Origin: Massalongia carnosa
Taxonomy: Eukaryota
Assembly: GCA_965645245.1 (NCBI GenBank)
Contig: OZ287077.1
Coordinates: 682,001-746,000, forward strand
Reading direction: 5' to 3'
DNA: 64,000 bases
The notes beneath the pieces were generated by a model. The model was not told where the DNA came from. It was given only the letters and a program-made list of their open reading frames with translations, and searched no databases. Both the position numbers and the translations under genes were made by a program. Below, one piece after another: positions 26,278 to 39,419 of this stretch; the stretch's first letter is position 1; each line of letters begins with the position of its first letter.

Positions 26278-27343
26278 TCACCCTTTCCAACCCTCGATCT
26301 CAAACTCAAACACCCGGTCACGCTCTTCCCTCGCAACAGCTTTCGCCCCGAAGCCATACAACCTCCTCTCCACAAAGGTGACCTTTCCCTGATGGTCCAC
26401 CAGCAGCACCGTCTGCGTTTGCGTGCCATAGAGCCCGCTCATCCCATCATCATGTCCCTGCTTCGCCTTCTTCTCCGCTTCGCCGTTCGTCCCATCTTCT
26501 TCCCCTCCCCTCGTAGCGGCAGCGACGCCATCATCGTCCCCCTTTCCGTCCAAGCCCTCCCCTCTCAGCACCGGTACAAAAATGCTATTCTTCAGTTCCA
26601 GCAGATAACTCTCCCACCCCCTCCCCCGCTCCCTCCGCGGCATAGTTTCCACGCTCAAAACGGCCATCAACTCCTCCACCAACCCCGTCTTCGAATCCCC
26701 CCTCGCCACACTCCTCTTGATGCCAGCCGCCATCAGCTCCTCCCCCTGGACCACCTTCGCCCACGTCCGATCGCCAAACGCGGCGTTACTCAAACCCGTG
26801 GTCTGACCCCTCCGCTCCGCCACCCATGCCAAGTCCCGCGCGCTCGGAGTGCGGTTCGACACCACGGCTAACCGCTCGCCCGCGTTTCCGCACACGAGGC
26901 TAAACCCCCCCACGCCTTTCAGGCCATTGTTTGCCACGAGCCGGGTCACGAATTGCTCGGTGCTCTCGGGGCCCGCGCCGAGGCCCGGCTGCGTGAGGAA
27001 GGCGTTCACCATCTCGCCCCGGCTGCGGGCCGAGAGCACTAGTTGGCCGGTTTCGCGAAAATTGGTCAGCACGGCGATGCGGCCGTGGCGGGTGACGCCA
27101 AGCCAGGTGCCTTGTTCTGGGCGGAGGAGGTCACGGCCGCCGAGGACGTGGGTGTGGGGGGATGACCACCAGGAGGCCGGGGCGGTGGGGCGGTAGAGAT
27201 ATTCCTAATGGGGTTGGGGACTTAGTCTGGGGATTGCTCAGGCGGGTTCATGGCGGTGGTTTGCGCTCGTTATATACATCACGGTTGTTGATCAGGATTA
27301 GAGCATAGTCGGGGTGTGCGGTTGATATTAGGGCGATACACAT
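26278..27343 (-). CDS. TANGO2 / NRDE (DUF833) family protein, 2 exons
   Basis: Spliced N-terminus MCIALISTAHPDYALILINNRD|EYLYRPT, then GGRDL, GTWLGVT, VLTNFRE, SRGEMV, GLSN and YGTQTQTVLLVD. Confidence 0.9.
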
Positions 27344-27499
27344 GGTAGATGGGTGGAAATTTGGTGCGGCGCCATGCGTGAAAGATGGATCAATAATGTA
27401 TAGAGTAACTACTCGATACCAAGAGGATCTTCGAAACAGCGAAGAATTGGTTGTTTAGTGGGGAGCGGAGATGATTAAGCGAAGACGTAATGAAATATA

Positions 27500-27640
27500 A
27501 TAATACTCCGTATAATACATCGTTCAAGGGTTCTAGTACTCTGTACAGAGTACGGTTGCATTCGTACTCCGTATTGTCACATTATAGTGGACCAAATACG
27601 GATATAAATAGTTGGTTACGGAGCTACGTTACGGAGTACC
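27500..27640. promoter_or_regulatory. Cluster of TACTCCGTA/TACGGAGTA motifs in a divergent promoter
   Basis: Exact copies at 27504, 27565 and 27630, with near copies at about 27537, 27544 and 27617. The cluster lies between the divergent TANGO2 and HVA22-like genes. Confidence 0.45.
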
Positions 27641-27854
27641 GAGCTCGATCCGGCCATCGATAAGATAAGATTGAGAAGCAGAAGCAGCTGATCAGATCTG
27701 ATCCGAACCGATCCTGCGTGCCAGCATCATCAATGAATCACCAACCCTTTCCTTCCTCTTTCCTCTCTACATCTCCTTCTCAATTCTCTTGGTTGCCGCA
27801 TCCCTATCTCGTCGTCGAGTATTCGCTAATTGGGTTACCTGTTCATACCGAATT

Positions 27855-29137
27855 ATGTTTGACATTATTCCTAACCTGCTCTCGTGAGTTGTCAAACCCC
27901 CACCAACTCTTAACCCCACCAGGCCTAATAAGCAAACACAACATTCCCAAACATTTAGCCTTGCTGCGAGCAAGCAAGCTTCGTTCAACGGAACATGAAG
28001 GAATATGGGCCAAATATAGCTAAATCTTGTCCTCAGCTCCATCATAACGTTCCTCTTTCCCATCTTCGCCTCCTATAAAGCCCTCCGCACCTCGGACCCC
28101 GCCCAGCTAGCCCCATGGCTCATGTATTGGGTCGTCCTCTCCTGCTTCTCCCTGGCTGAATCCTGGACCTGGTTAATTGTCTCCTGGTAATCGCTCCATC
28201 CTTCCGTTTCAACCCACCAACCCAGCTAACCCACTCGCCCCAAAAAAGGCTTCCCTTCTACGCATATTTCCGCCTACTTCTCCTCTCCTACCTCGTTCTC
28301 CCCCAAACCCAAGGCGCCCGCCTTCTCTACCAATCCCACATAGATCCCTTCCTCGCCACGTACGAGCGTGACATCGATAACCTAATCACCCATGCCCATG
28401 ACCGTGCCAAATCCGCCGGTCTCTCCTCCTTGAAACGTCTAATCGATTTTGTGAAACAGAACTTACTCGGCATGCCACCGCAACAGACTCAACCATCATT
28501 TGCCTCGCTGTCTCAAGGCCGCGAAACAAGCTACGCGCAAACTCTGCTTTCACGCTTCGCTCTCCCGTCCGCCCGGCAGGGCTTTGTAGCTCCAGCTTCG
28601 GACTTTTACGGTTTGCTTAACGCAGCCGTGGCACAGGTTGGAGCGGGCGGAAGCCGGGTCGCTCAAGTCGACGAGATGAATCGCAGCGGCACGACACTGA
28701 TCCCCCCGGGCCTGACGAGTGCGGCCGACAAACGCAGCTTCCTCGCCACGCAGCGAGAGCGCCTGCGAACGTTACTCTCCGCGCTGGACCGCGAAGCAAG
28801 CGGGTTGGAGATCGAGGAGCATATCGAGCGAGATATAGATAGCAGATTAGGTGCCACGGGGGTGGAGACGGAAGACCGAGGAGGGACGTCGACCGAGTAC
28901 GAGGAAGGCTTGCGGAAAAGCAAAAGCGAGGCGGAATTCGAGGCCATTGAGCGCGAGGACTGGAGCGGGGCGAAAGCCGCCGGGAGTAGGAAATCGGGGG
29001 GGCATGGAGGAGGAGGAGGAGGAGGGGGAGGAGGAGGGAGCTGGTTGCCGTGGGGCATTTGGGCGATGGGAACGCAGCAGGCTTCCCGAAAGGGAGAGCA
29101 GGACTCCACGGGCAGTTCAAGCGCCGTGGAGAGATGA
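27855..29137 (+). CDS. TB2/DP1/HVA22 (REEP/Yop1-related) membrane protein, 3 exons
   Basis: MFDIIPNLLS|SIITFLFPIFASYKALRTSDPAQLAPWLMYWVVL...W|LPFYAYFRLLLLSYLVLPQTQGARLLYQSHIDPFL, continuing into ORF 28430-29137. Confidence 0.88.
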
Positions 29138-32101
29138 GCCGATGCGGCGGTGGTTTTTTCTTTTTTTCCTTTCTATCCTTTCCTACTTTCCTCCAAAGAA
29201 ATAAAGAACACGTTTAAACATGCAAGCGCCGGATCTACGATTTTATCAGCAGGTGAGTACGTATAGGGTTACGAGTAGATCCAGATCCAGGGGCTAAGTT
29301 TTTGACATCCCCAGACCAATAGATCAACTACATAACTACCAACGCCGAGATCAGGAGATTTCCGCATTGTTGAAACGGGCAACCGATGCCAGGTACCGAA
29401 ACCAACTGACGAAGCAATCTGCATCTACCTCGGCAAGAAAGGTCTGTGCCTGTGGCAAATTTGTATGGAGTCAGAAATCGCATCGGAAAAGGCAACCAAT
29501 GAGATGAGATGGGAATGGAGGCTTCTAGAATGGCTGGTGAACGAGCATAAATAGGAGCAGTTTTACCCTACGTAGTGGTAGAAAGTCAAATCGTTTCTCC
29601 CAGTCTCTTGTGCATGTGAAAAACTCGTTTGTCGAACTAGCTATATCAATTTGCCCAGTCCTACCATTCCGCCGGTTGCAGTCACAATTCCAACACGCAT
29701 TTTCCTCCATCCCTATCCTACTGAATGAATCACTCCCAAAAAGCATCAGCAGCAGCATTGGCAGCATTAGCAACATCAAACCCTACACGCACCCCACGGG
29801 CCTCTCTCTTCCCTCCATCCCGGCTTTTTTGGCGTTTTTTTTCCCTTTTTTCCCACGGCTTGGTAAAAAAAATTAAAGCTGGCTAGTTATAGGTAGATAG
29901 AGGATGAGAAGATGTTGTTTGGAGAAGATACCTATGTAGAAATTCATATAAGCTAAACTAATCCGATCTGAGCTGAGCTGAGCTGAACTGATGTAACGTT
30001 TGCCAGGAGTTTCTTTTAAAAGTTATATATCTATGAAAAGAAAACCCTTGGGGGTAGGGAATCGTACACGAGACAGCGAGAGAGAGGGAGAGATGTATTG
30101 GAACTGAACGGGGTTAGGTACGTTTTCGGGCTTAAACTAGATCGAACGGGAAACGGGAAGATAGAGGAAGGAAAGGAAGGAAAGGGAAAGAGAATTACTA
30201 AACCCTCCCCCGCTCCTTTCCCACAATTTCCTCCCCCTAAATGAATTTCCCTCCATCACGCTAGAATCGCTTCCTTTCCTTATTCCCCGCGATTACACGA
30301 CAAACGTATAGTCTCACTATCCTGACATAGCACATAAATTCCATCTTATATATCCCCAGCCGCTGAGATTTCCCCCCAAGACCGTCCCAATAAAACGTCG
30401 TACATATATCTGCCAACCCTTCCTAAAGACGGGAAGGATTCGACTAGGTACTTCTAATTTTGGGGGGGGAGGGACTTGGATGCTGGCGAAAGTGGTTTCT
30501 CGTGTGGGGTGAAGAAGGGGCTTTGGGAAAACTCTTGGAGGGGAGGAGTGTGTTAGAGTTATTTTTTTGGTTTTTTTTGGTTTTTTTGGCTGTGACAACC
30601 TTTTAAGAACGTAAATCGAGATTGAGATTTTTGTTGGAAGCTCCTTCTCTCAGAAGAGCGTATGCTTTGGGTAGTGGGCCCGTCGGACGAGGCCTCCAAG
30701 ACTTGCATAATGAGCAAATATTGAATTTGACCATCTCGGTTGCCAGGAATTTAAAATATCAGATTTGTCTGAACCAAATGGCGATGTCTTGAGAATTTAA
30801 AGAAACAAGCTTCAAATCTTTATCGATGGGTGGATGCTAACAAAAAATTTCAGTAAAGGCGTTGAAGATCCTATATCAACCGACTTTCAAACCCAAAATT
30901 ATTCGGAACTCACCAACAATTGATTACAATTTTCTTTGTGCGGGCAAAGATGAAGCCATAAAGTTGGCAAATAGATAGCTTTAGATTCTGTTTTATGGGG
31001 GAGCGTTCGAGCTTGCGCGGATTCTTGAGGTTCAAAGGAAAAATTTGTCACTTCCAACAAGACTCCAAAATAAAAATCGTTCAGTGAAAATAAAAATGCC
31101 AGAGAACTGGTAGGTTAATCTGAGAGGCCATAGACTGGAAGTTGAACGGTCTGATACCCACCGATCTTAAAAAATTGAAGTCTATAGTTGTTGCGTTTTC
31201 AATTCGCATCTCAGGCGTGTAGGATGTCGGTACTGAAGAATGTAAACCCATCATCCAAGCGTGTACTTAAGAAATACCAGCTTGACTGGACCGCCATAGT
31301 TCCCCCTAACTTGATTGTTGACCTGCTGATAATTTCCTTCGCAGTAGAAGTAACATGAAATGAAAAAGGATAATAGGGGATCTGCCTCTTATTTTGACTC
31401 ATCTCATTGGTTTTCACATCGGCCCAAGTCGTTTATATAAAGTGACTTCTTAACCTAGAAATGTGATTACATAGCCATCAGAGCAGGCTCAGCAGCAACA
31501 GTGATAGCTGGCATGCAAGCAGAGAGAGAGTAGCCGAGACAGCATCTCGTGGCGTGAGGATTCGACAAACCTTCTTAGTTGGCAAAAAGAGCTGGACTAT
31601 TCTAGATTCAGTTGTCCGCCAAAACAAACCATGGGCTATTGTAATTATTAATGCTGCCTGTGCCAAAGGCAGCCAATCCCGTCGTTTACCTCACTTTCTA
31701 GCGCTAAGCTTAGAAAAAGTCCGGTGATAGAAGGGCGGAAGCCTGGTAACGATATAGATCTCGGCATCGGATACCTGCAACATGGCAATCCTCCGATGGT
31801 ACCAGCCATAATTCGAGATATACAGTTATTTGCGAGCTAGATGACCAAATGTTATGTTTGTCAAGCTATCAGTTTAGATAGGTTCTCAAACAAAAAATTT
31901 TGGTTCTCGCTGTGAGTTTGTGTGCGCTGGGCGAAATGATCGGTTTGTTCGATCAAACAATTGCCAATGCTATGCAGATAACCAATAACCCTAACGTTCG
32001 AAACCTAGAAAATATCGCCCCAAAAATTTCCCTTTAAATTTTGAAACTATGCTTCCTTATTCATCTCAGCTCGTTCTTAGGTATCACATTTTCGCACCTT
32101 G

Positions 32102-32779
32102 ATGGATCCTAACCTGCTCAAACCTTGTCAGTACGATCCTGTTTACGGTGGGCCAATACCGGCCTGGCAGCCCCAACAGTACGCCCACACTTGGCGACAT
32201 GACAAGAAGAAACAAATTGTGTGGCCGAGAGATAAGAAGCAGAGAGGCGCGCACACTTGGGATAGATGGAAAGACGTTTTCACAGGAAAGGGCCCCGACA
32301 TGTGGATTTCAACACAAAATAGCTTCGGACCTCATCGACCTATATGGACAGGTTGGAAAAGCCCGCACCATAACCATGAGTTCTGGGACAATCAGTTCTG
32401 GGACAATCTTGGGTATCAATACCGGAAGGACGACGAAATGCAACCCTTACGGGCACAACGCCGTCGATGGGAGAAATATGACTTCAAGTCACGCAGATAC
32501 CGCATGCCGAAAGCGGGTGTGTGGAGCGACGTAAAGTGGAACCACGATGCTAGCTTTCCTTTATACTGGCGAGATCGATACGCAGAGGAAGCTGTGGCCC
32601 CTGAGTTTGACGGTGGAGCTTTTAATCAAGGTTTTGGTCCAAACCCATTCAGGTATCAGCATGGTACACTAGTTTGGGACTGGAACTGCGATAAAAACGG
32701 GTGGCCAGCGGATCATCGATTCCAGTGGGAGCGGCGCCGAAGAAATGTTGCCTCTACAGCGAGACTCAGAATCGAGTGA
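32102..32779 (+). CDS. Hypothetical Trp/Asp/Pro-rich protein (about 225 aa)
   Basis: An uninterrupted ORF with protein-like, very Trp-rich composition. I recognise no family. Confidence 0.5.
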   Translation: MDPNLLKPCQYDPVYGGPIPAWQPQQYAHTWRHDKKKQIVWPRDKKQRGAHTWDRWKDVFTGKGPDMWISTQNSFGPHRPIWTGWKSPHHNHEFWDNQFWDNLGYQYRKDDEMQPLRAQRRRWEKYDFKSRRYRMPKAGVWSDVKWNHDASFPLYWRDRYAEEAVAPEFDGGAFNQGFGPNPFRYQHGTLVWDWNCDKNGWPADHRFQWERRRRNVASTARLRIE

Positions 32780-32780
32780 T

Positions 32781-33821
32781 TCAGATGCAACCCGTGTGAA
32801 ATGCATGCCACTGGGTTATGTACCGGTTATCCGCAGTCCTGGGCCTGGTTTTGGTCCGCACTACAGGAAATTGCGCATTTAAATCCAAAAGTCGGTTACA
32901 CTTTAGGCATGGACAAGACTTCAAATCGGCATATGATACCAGCAACTCCTAGAACGTATTAGCATCGCATCAGTTTACAAAGGTCTAACGAGATACCAGA
33001 AGATACTTCAAATCACCTGGATTTGGTCTATTAGCAATCTCCTCAAGTATCGCTGCATGCATCTTAGATTTTCCAGTGCCAGAAATGATATAACTGGTTT
33101 CGTTCCGATCATTTTGTCTTGGTCTAATCTTAAATCGCAGGTTGGCAGGCGATGGTAGATAGATCTACAAAGATAGTCAATGATGGAACACTGCAAGGGC
33201 TTTTGGATAAGCGTACCTCCATGATGTTAGAGCCTTCCTTTGATATTGACGCCTCAATGCCAGGATGTTTTCCCTCCAGCTTCCTCAAGAGTGATTCATA
33301 ATCTTGCTCCTCAGAACCATTCAGCTGGGAAGTAATATATTCTTTATCTTCGTCTTCTTTTCCCTCTTCCTCGGCAGTATCAGGGGAAGAGATTTCCTTC
33401 ACAGCAAGCCAGTCATGGTGGTCAGTAACAACCCAACCATTGAGCCCCTCTACGTTTTCTCTTCTACTTTCCTTTGCTCGATTCAAAATACTTTTACTTC
33501 GAGAATCTTCCATGAGCGCTGTAAAGGCCTTGATGTCTTTCGCGCTATTTGTCGCGGTTTCCGAAAAGTTTTTGTAGAGGGCTTCGGGAGAGGATTGTTG
33601 CACAAGCAGAGATTCCAAGATTTGTGGGATAGTCTGGCGGAGACGTCGAAGCTGTATAAACAGTAATTAGTGATAAAGGGCTAGTTATGAAATGGGCAAC
33701 CTTTGGTAGATACTTGAATATGCATTCCCTGAAGGCGAGCGAGGGACGACTCAAGCTTTTCTTCATTCCATTCCATTTCTAGCGTCGGTGTTGTCCTCTT
33801 GACTACTAATTCCGAAGCCAT
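32781..33821 (-). CDS. MED27: Mediator complex subunit 27, 4 exons
   Basis: N-terminal WNEEKLESSLARLQGMHIQ|LRRLRQTIP...SPEALYKNF. The last exon ELLVSYADLKSCPCLKCNRLL...FPVVR...WHAFHTGCI* carries the CxxC...HxxC zinc signature of Med27. Confidence 0.8.
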
Positions 33822-34385
33822 GTTATTGAATTATTAAATGATCAACAGGTGGAGCGGTATTAAAAGTGGATGTATAAAGCTAATTCACAATTTAGGTTAT
33901 GCTCCATGTATTTTACATTCGTCTTACTTACTAGACCTAAATTTTTATTATAGCGCTACTTATGGATTACAATCAAAGGATTGTCATTGCTTTCATTTTT
34001 TAAGTATCTTTCAGATCTCAACCTGCAAACATCCATACCATTCACATAAAGTCCTCTAATAAAAGATTCGTGTTTCAAGATACGTTCGAGAAGACCGAAG
34101 CAACCCCAAAGACCGAAGTTGAACTACGCAGAGCAAACAGATGTCAAGAGGTTGGGCTTGTTTCTGGATGCGGAGCAAATTAGGAAAAGCTGCCTTTAAT
34201 ATCCCCAAGCAATAAGATTACACAAGGTCAAAGGATTCCGGCGTCAATAGCCAAACCCTTCATCAAGCGGACGTCATGCCTTGAACAGGATCAATCGCTT
34301 CAAAAAGCTAGAAAACCGAAAGATGGCTTGAGTGGTAAGGCAAATCTTCATGATTAGAGTCACCAATAATAGTTCTTGAGTCCGT

Positions 34386-35655
34386 CTAACGGTATCCTCG
34401 TTCACGAGGCCGATGGTAGATATCATCACTATAAAGGCGACGGAAATTTTGATCTCTACCTCCATCTCTAGCTCGTTCAGTCTCTCGTTGAGCGTTGTGC
34501 CAGTTTTCATGCCGATCTTCCGCATCTATATCCATCCGGTCTTGTTTTGTGTCAAATCCATAACTTCCATCCTGGAGTTCTGGGTCTGCTCGTCTTTTGC
34601 TACGATCTGACTGCTCTCTCTGGCTGTTATACGCAGGCTCAGGACGAAGATCAAAGCGAGGTGGATCGGCACGAATAGATGAATTGTGGACTGGCTCGAC
34701 ATGAACAAGATTATTGCGGACCGGATCGATAGTGGTTAGGTCCACGCGCGCTGGCTTTGGCTCATTCAGCGGTTCTTGAACTGCTGGACTCGTAACGCTT
34801 GGCTTTCCATGTTTCATATACACATTGAGAATACGCCCGTCTGCCTGTAATTTAAATATTAACACTAATCGCCAACCGAGAGGTTTTTTAAGCTTGTACC
34901 TTTTTGTTATTGAAAGTGGCAATTACGCTCTCTGCGTCCGCTTTGTCTATAAAGGTCATTTCCGCAACAACCATTGGAAAAAAGCTCGTAATTTTGCAGC
35001 TTTGCATCTCGCCTCCATTAGGAATCATCGCAGACTCGATATCAGCAGCGGTTGTTCCTGGGGCAAAATTGCTGCCAATAACGAGGTATGGACCTGCTGT
35101 TCCACGTATACTAATCTCCTCGCCAGGTTGCGCAGGGATCGTTTGGTGAGATGTGCCATTGCGATGAGGGTTAAATGTAATATTCTGATAAAGACGACTA
35201 TTCCTCCCTCCGCGAGCTTTTATGTGCTCACGGCGAAGCGCTCGGGATGTCTGGTTATCATTAGGAAGATGAGGCTCATGAACACTGGTTGCTTCAATGC
35301 TTGTCTTCGCTTTCGGGGCGTTCGAGGCTGAACGCCGAGAGGCCTTAAGAATCCAGTATTATCAGCGCAAATTCAAGAGAAGTGTTTCTGCAGAGCAACA
35401 CAAAAGCGCATACCTTTGTTATCCCAACTCTGCTTGCGAGACTCGCAGTTGGATTTGAACTAGACTTGCGGCTTCCATTGTTGGTAGGGTCAGTTTTTCT
35501 ATTCTTACCAAAGATTTCTTTGGCAAGCGCTTCATTTTTTCGCCGTTGACGATCTTACGGTGTTAGCAAGTCCCTAAGTCTTGAGGAGAATCAGAATTGA
35601 TCTCACCGGCTTGAATGATTTCGTCAAACGAAATAGCAGTTCGACCGACAGCCAT
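34386..35655 (-). CDS. Conserved fungal RRM-containing RNA-binding protein, multi-exon
   Basis: Start MAVGRTAISFDEIIQA|DRQRRKNEALAKEIFG. RRM-like GPYLVIGSNFAPGTTAADIESAM...KFHNKK|ADGRILNVYM. C-terminal RRLYSDD. Confidence 0.75.
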
Positions 35656-36100
35656 GATTTTGTGCATTCAGTTAGCAGAGCTTACCTTGTAGTCAGTGTG
35701 AAATTACTCATGTCGTTGATAGCTTCAACATGCTAGGGAAGATCGGTTAAAGGGAGAGGTGAAAGTAATGATTTCATAAATTACAATCGTCAGAAACTAA
35801 GCTAAGAAACCTAGTTTATCAGCCCTAACCTTCACCAATCACTAACAGAGTTAATCTATCCAGTAAAACTACTCTTTAAGCACGTCAGAATTAATGAATG
35901 GAGTCTATCGTGATCTTAGAAGAGAAGAAAAACTTATGGAATCTTTTAAAGGATACTCCGTTTAAAGGTCTATTAAGTCTAACGACGACCTACCCCCATC
36001 AATTTTCAAAGCAATTGATTTCAAAAAGCGGCAGTGGGAATGTTCAGGCAATGCATAGACACCCATAACTTCATGTAAAGATAGAAATCGCCAACGAATT

Positions 36101-37390
36101 CTACGTCTCCCAAGCAAACTCTACCTCCTCCTGATCACCCTCATCCTCATTCTGCTTCTCGCCGTTGATCCGATAAGGTAGCATCGGTAATGTCTGCCCC
36201 ACCTCCTTCTTTGCCTTGAAAACCGGCAACGCGGCTGCATGGAACTCCCAATCCGGAAAGCCGATGTGGTCGAATGGCTGATCTTTCTCTTTGGAAATAT
36301 TGAGCGCAAGTACAGCGCCCTTCAGGCCATGCTCCCTTTCTGGCACCTTGATAGGTGATTTTGTCAACTCCAATGCGGGATCGGATTCTTCGTCTGAGCA
36401 GGTATCTACATCGTTAACGGAGCTGGTAATGGATCTCGTCATGTAAAGATCGGGGTTGGATTCTTTGTCTGAGCTTGTATCCTGATCATCGAGTTCTACT
36501 GCTAGGTTGTGATAGTTGGGTTTCAAAAGCGCTTGGTGCCGTTTGGGTAGGGTCTGCCTGTTTGGACTCTCAACGCGTAAAGCTGGTGGAATTTTCGTTC
36601 TTGGAACCTGGTAGAGATCCTCATGGAAAGACTGTTGGTCAAGAAGATATGAGGTCGGGATATCAACCTTGAGAGCAGGTGCTGGCCATTTACTTGGCAA
36701 TCGTGATGCTTCAGGGCTTGGGACGTCTAGTGTTGCGATAGTTGCAACGACTTGACAAGATTTGGTCCATTGCGATTTGCTTTGATAAGGAGGTGGGCTA
36801 TCATACCCGTGTTCCAAAGATGTGCCTTGATTCAGCCTAAGACCAATGACTTGGCTCGATCTGCCTCGGTCCGATTTGCCGGAACATGCTGGGTCTCCAC
36901 ATGGGGTGAGTTCAAAGGATATACTTTGAGGCACTTTTGGTACATTCTCCGAACTTTTCTCACTACAGTAATTTCTAGAAGATAACCCCGCGGCTGACGT
37001 TTGAACAGGAGGCTTAGTACTATCTTCTGTGGCAGCATCAGGCGAAATAATGTCGTTCTTGGCCGTTGCAACGTAAAACATGCGAGTTTTAGAACGGATC
37101 GTGTTGGAAAAAGACTGTAAAGTGGCCGATGTGACTTCTTGCAGGATGCGTGCGGATTCATTGCTGATAGATGCTCTTTTGGTTTCTGTGGGGGTAATAC
37201 TGTGGTAGCCGGAGGCAATGGGAGATAAAGCGCCTTGTTGGAAATTTTGCGTGTTTTGCTCGCCGCTACTGAAATCAAGTTTGCTTGAATCGTTACCCCT
37301 CCACATTCGAGCGAACGAATGGCAAAGGGAAGCCATGCTCTTATTCCGGTGATAGAAATTTGTGCCGCGGACTTGAGAACTAATATTCAA
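36101..37390 (-). CDS. Hypothetical Ser/Pro-rich, probably disordered protein (start uncertain; ATG at 37336 or upstream exons)
   Basis: A 429-codon open frame with an acidic C-terminus and no recognisable domain. Confidence 0.5.
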   Translation of the reverse strand: MNISSQVRGTNFYHRNKSMASLCHSFARMWRGNDSSKLDFSSGEQNTQNFQQGALSPIASGYHSITPTETKRASISNESARILQEVTSATLQSFSNTIRSKTRMFYVATAKNDIISPDAATEDSTKPPVQTSAAGLSSRNYCSEKSSENVPKVPQSISFELTPCGDPACSGKSDRGRSSQVIGLRLNQGTSLEHGYDSPPPYQSKSQWTKSCQVVATIATLDVPSPEASRLPSKWPAPALKVDIPTSYLLDQQSFHEDLYQVPRTKIPPALRVESPNRQTLPKRHQALLKPNYHNLAVELDDQDTSSDKESNPDLYMTRSITSSVNDVDTCSDEESDPALELTKSPIKVPEREHGLKGAVLALNISKEKDQPFDHIGFPDWEFHAAALPVFKAKKEVGQTLPMLPYRINGEKQNEDEGDQEEVEFAWET

Positions 37391-39419
37391 TACGAGGTCG
37401 GAAATGTAGCAAATGAAATCTGAGGCAAAGCGACTGGTTTTTATACTTGAGGTAGGAGCGTTGGGTCTGGGCCTTTGGAAGGAATTTAGTCAAGGAAGTA
37501 GTTCCCAGCAGAAGGAAGGAAACTTGTGCCTCAAGAGAGTTATAACTCCCGAAGCTTTTTCGAAAAGAAAAGAAAACTTGAACCATATGCCAGCTCACCG
37601 ATTGCTAACCCGTCCAAGGATCAACTTTGAAGTCGCCTACTTTTGCAGCTGACAATTTTAGGACACCAGCAGCAGCAGCAGCAGCAGCATGCAGTCCCTG
37701 CATTTTTGTTTGTATTGATAAACGCACCGTAAAGTTACGCGGATAGAGAAGAGTTGCTTTTTTATTTTTGCTCCATTCCAACTGGTTGGTGTCAAGGTGG
37801 TGATAAGAGGTCTGTTTTGCCTACTTACCTTCCCTACATAAACGAACCCTTGCACTACCCAGCATTGAGAGCGAAAAATCCCCATTGCAAAGATTAGTTG
37901 TAGAAGCGAGCTATCACAATCCTGAAAAACCAGCCTCCTGTAATTTCCTCCCTTCCTCTTGGCATTCGCTTGCATATTTTCCATTCGGGCATCATTTGCC
38001 GCAATGGGTATTCCTTTCAAATGCTCAAGTTCTTTAATCATAGCCTTTCAGTAAACCCAGTTCTCTAAGTCATTCTCATGTTCTGCTTCCAAGCTTATCA
38101 CCAGTCACATTCTCCTCCCATGACGCTTACGCTTCTAATGTTTTCCAATATTTAACCCACATCGCAATCATTGGGGGAGGGTCTGTGTAGTCAGCGTAAT
38201 GAGCGGCAATGACCAGAGCCTGAAAGTATAAAACAATATATGTAGCGCCATGATAAAGGACATCAATGAAACTAAAGCGGGAGGTTGGGATGAAGTGTAT
38301 GTTGTAATGCAGCTCGTGCATTTGGGTGCCGTCGGTGACAACTATATGTTCGCTCACGAAACGGAGCTGTTGTGAAGATAGGAAGAAATCTTAGATAGTC
38401 AAACCTGTATCAACTCATGCTTTCTCCAAGATAGAAAATGTACTTCATCATAGACGTCTTGTGAGTTCTCGGGCGGTGTCAAACGTGAAGTCTTTTTCAT
38501 GCACGTGGTTAAAATTTTTAAGTGATGCACTTTGATCCGCCAAGCTTTCTTCTAACAAGAAATATGATAATGGGACTGATAACCCTTTTAGTTACAAAGC
38601 CATCACCTCAATAGCGAAAGGGTTATCCATAATTATATAAACTATTTGGGGTTGATTTAGGAGATGATTTAAGACTACTACCTATACAGGCAAGATTTCA
38701 GATTAGGAAAACTCATCACGGAGTAGGTTCAGAGCAACAAACTAATAAGACATTGCACTGTAAATATTTCGCTTTTCTTTGGCTGAGTCCACCTGTTTCC
38801 TGTAATCTTATATCTGATATGACACAGGCTCATGAACCCACATCTACTTGAATTTTAGCTAACGAGTTATTGACACTTTCTTATCATTGATTGATTTTTT
38901 ATGTCATGCTGCTTAGGCTGAGTTTTAAGAATGCATATTTTATAAAGGAGATCATATGTGATATAGGGCGTAGTGAACTCATGTAATTTCCAGCATTGAC
39001 ACTGCCATGACAGCTTAAATAAGAAACGGTCTCTGAGGAACTTGCTCCTCTACAGAACTTGACTCTGGACTAACTCTCATCACAATCATATCTCACACGA
39101 TAAGTCAATCTACAGCATGAATAGAGGCAAAATTTTTTTGAGCAAATGAAAGACAAAAACGCTGTATGATACCAAAATATATCTGCATATAATCGATATT
39201 GACACAGGCCCTAATATTAATGCCGCTGAGCGTGCCTTCAGATCGAGCATCAGAACTCGCAAGCTTGTCGGGCCTGTGAAAGAGTCCGATATAGCCAAAA
39301 TGACCATTCACACAACGGAAGTTGGAAGGCATAGTGGTCATTTGGAGCAATCAACACGGACCAAAATCAAAGAAAGCCGACCTTGCAGACGACGATGGAA
39401 AGCCTCCACAGCATGATCA

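Noticed and set aside
25077..29204. Many overlapping alternative-frame and antisense ORFs, and high GC suggesting horizontal transfer
   Set aside because: These are shadow ORFs of GC-rich genes. The genes have normal fungal introns, and similar GC is seen in UBC6 and the HAD gene.
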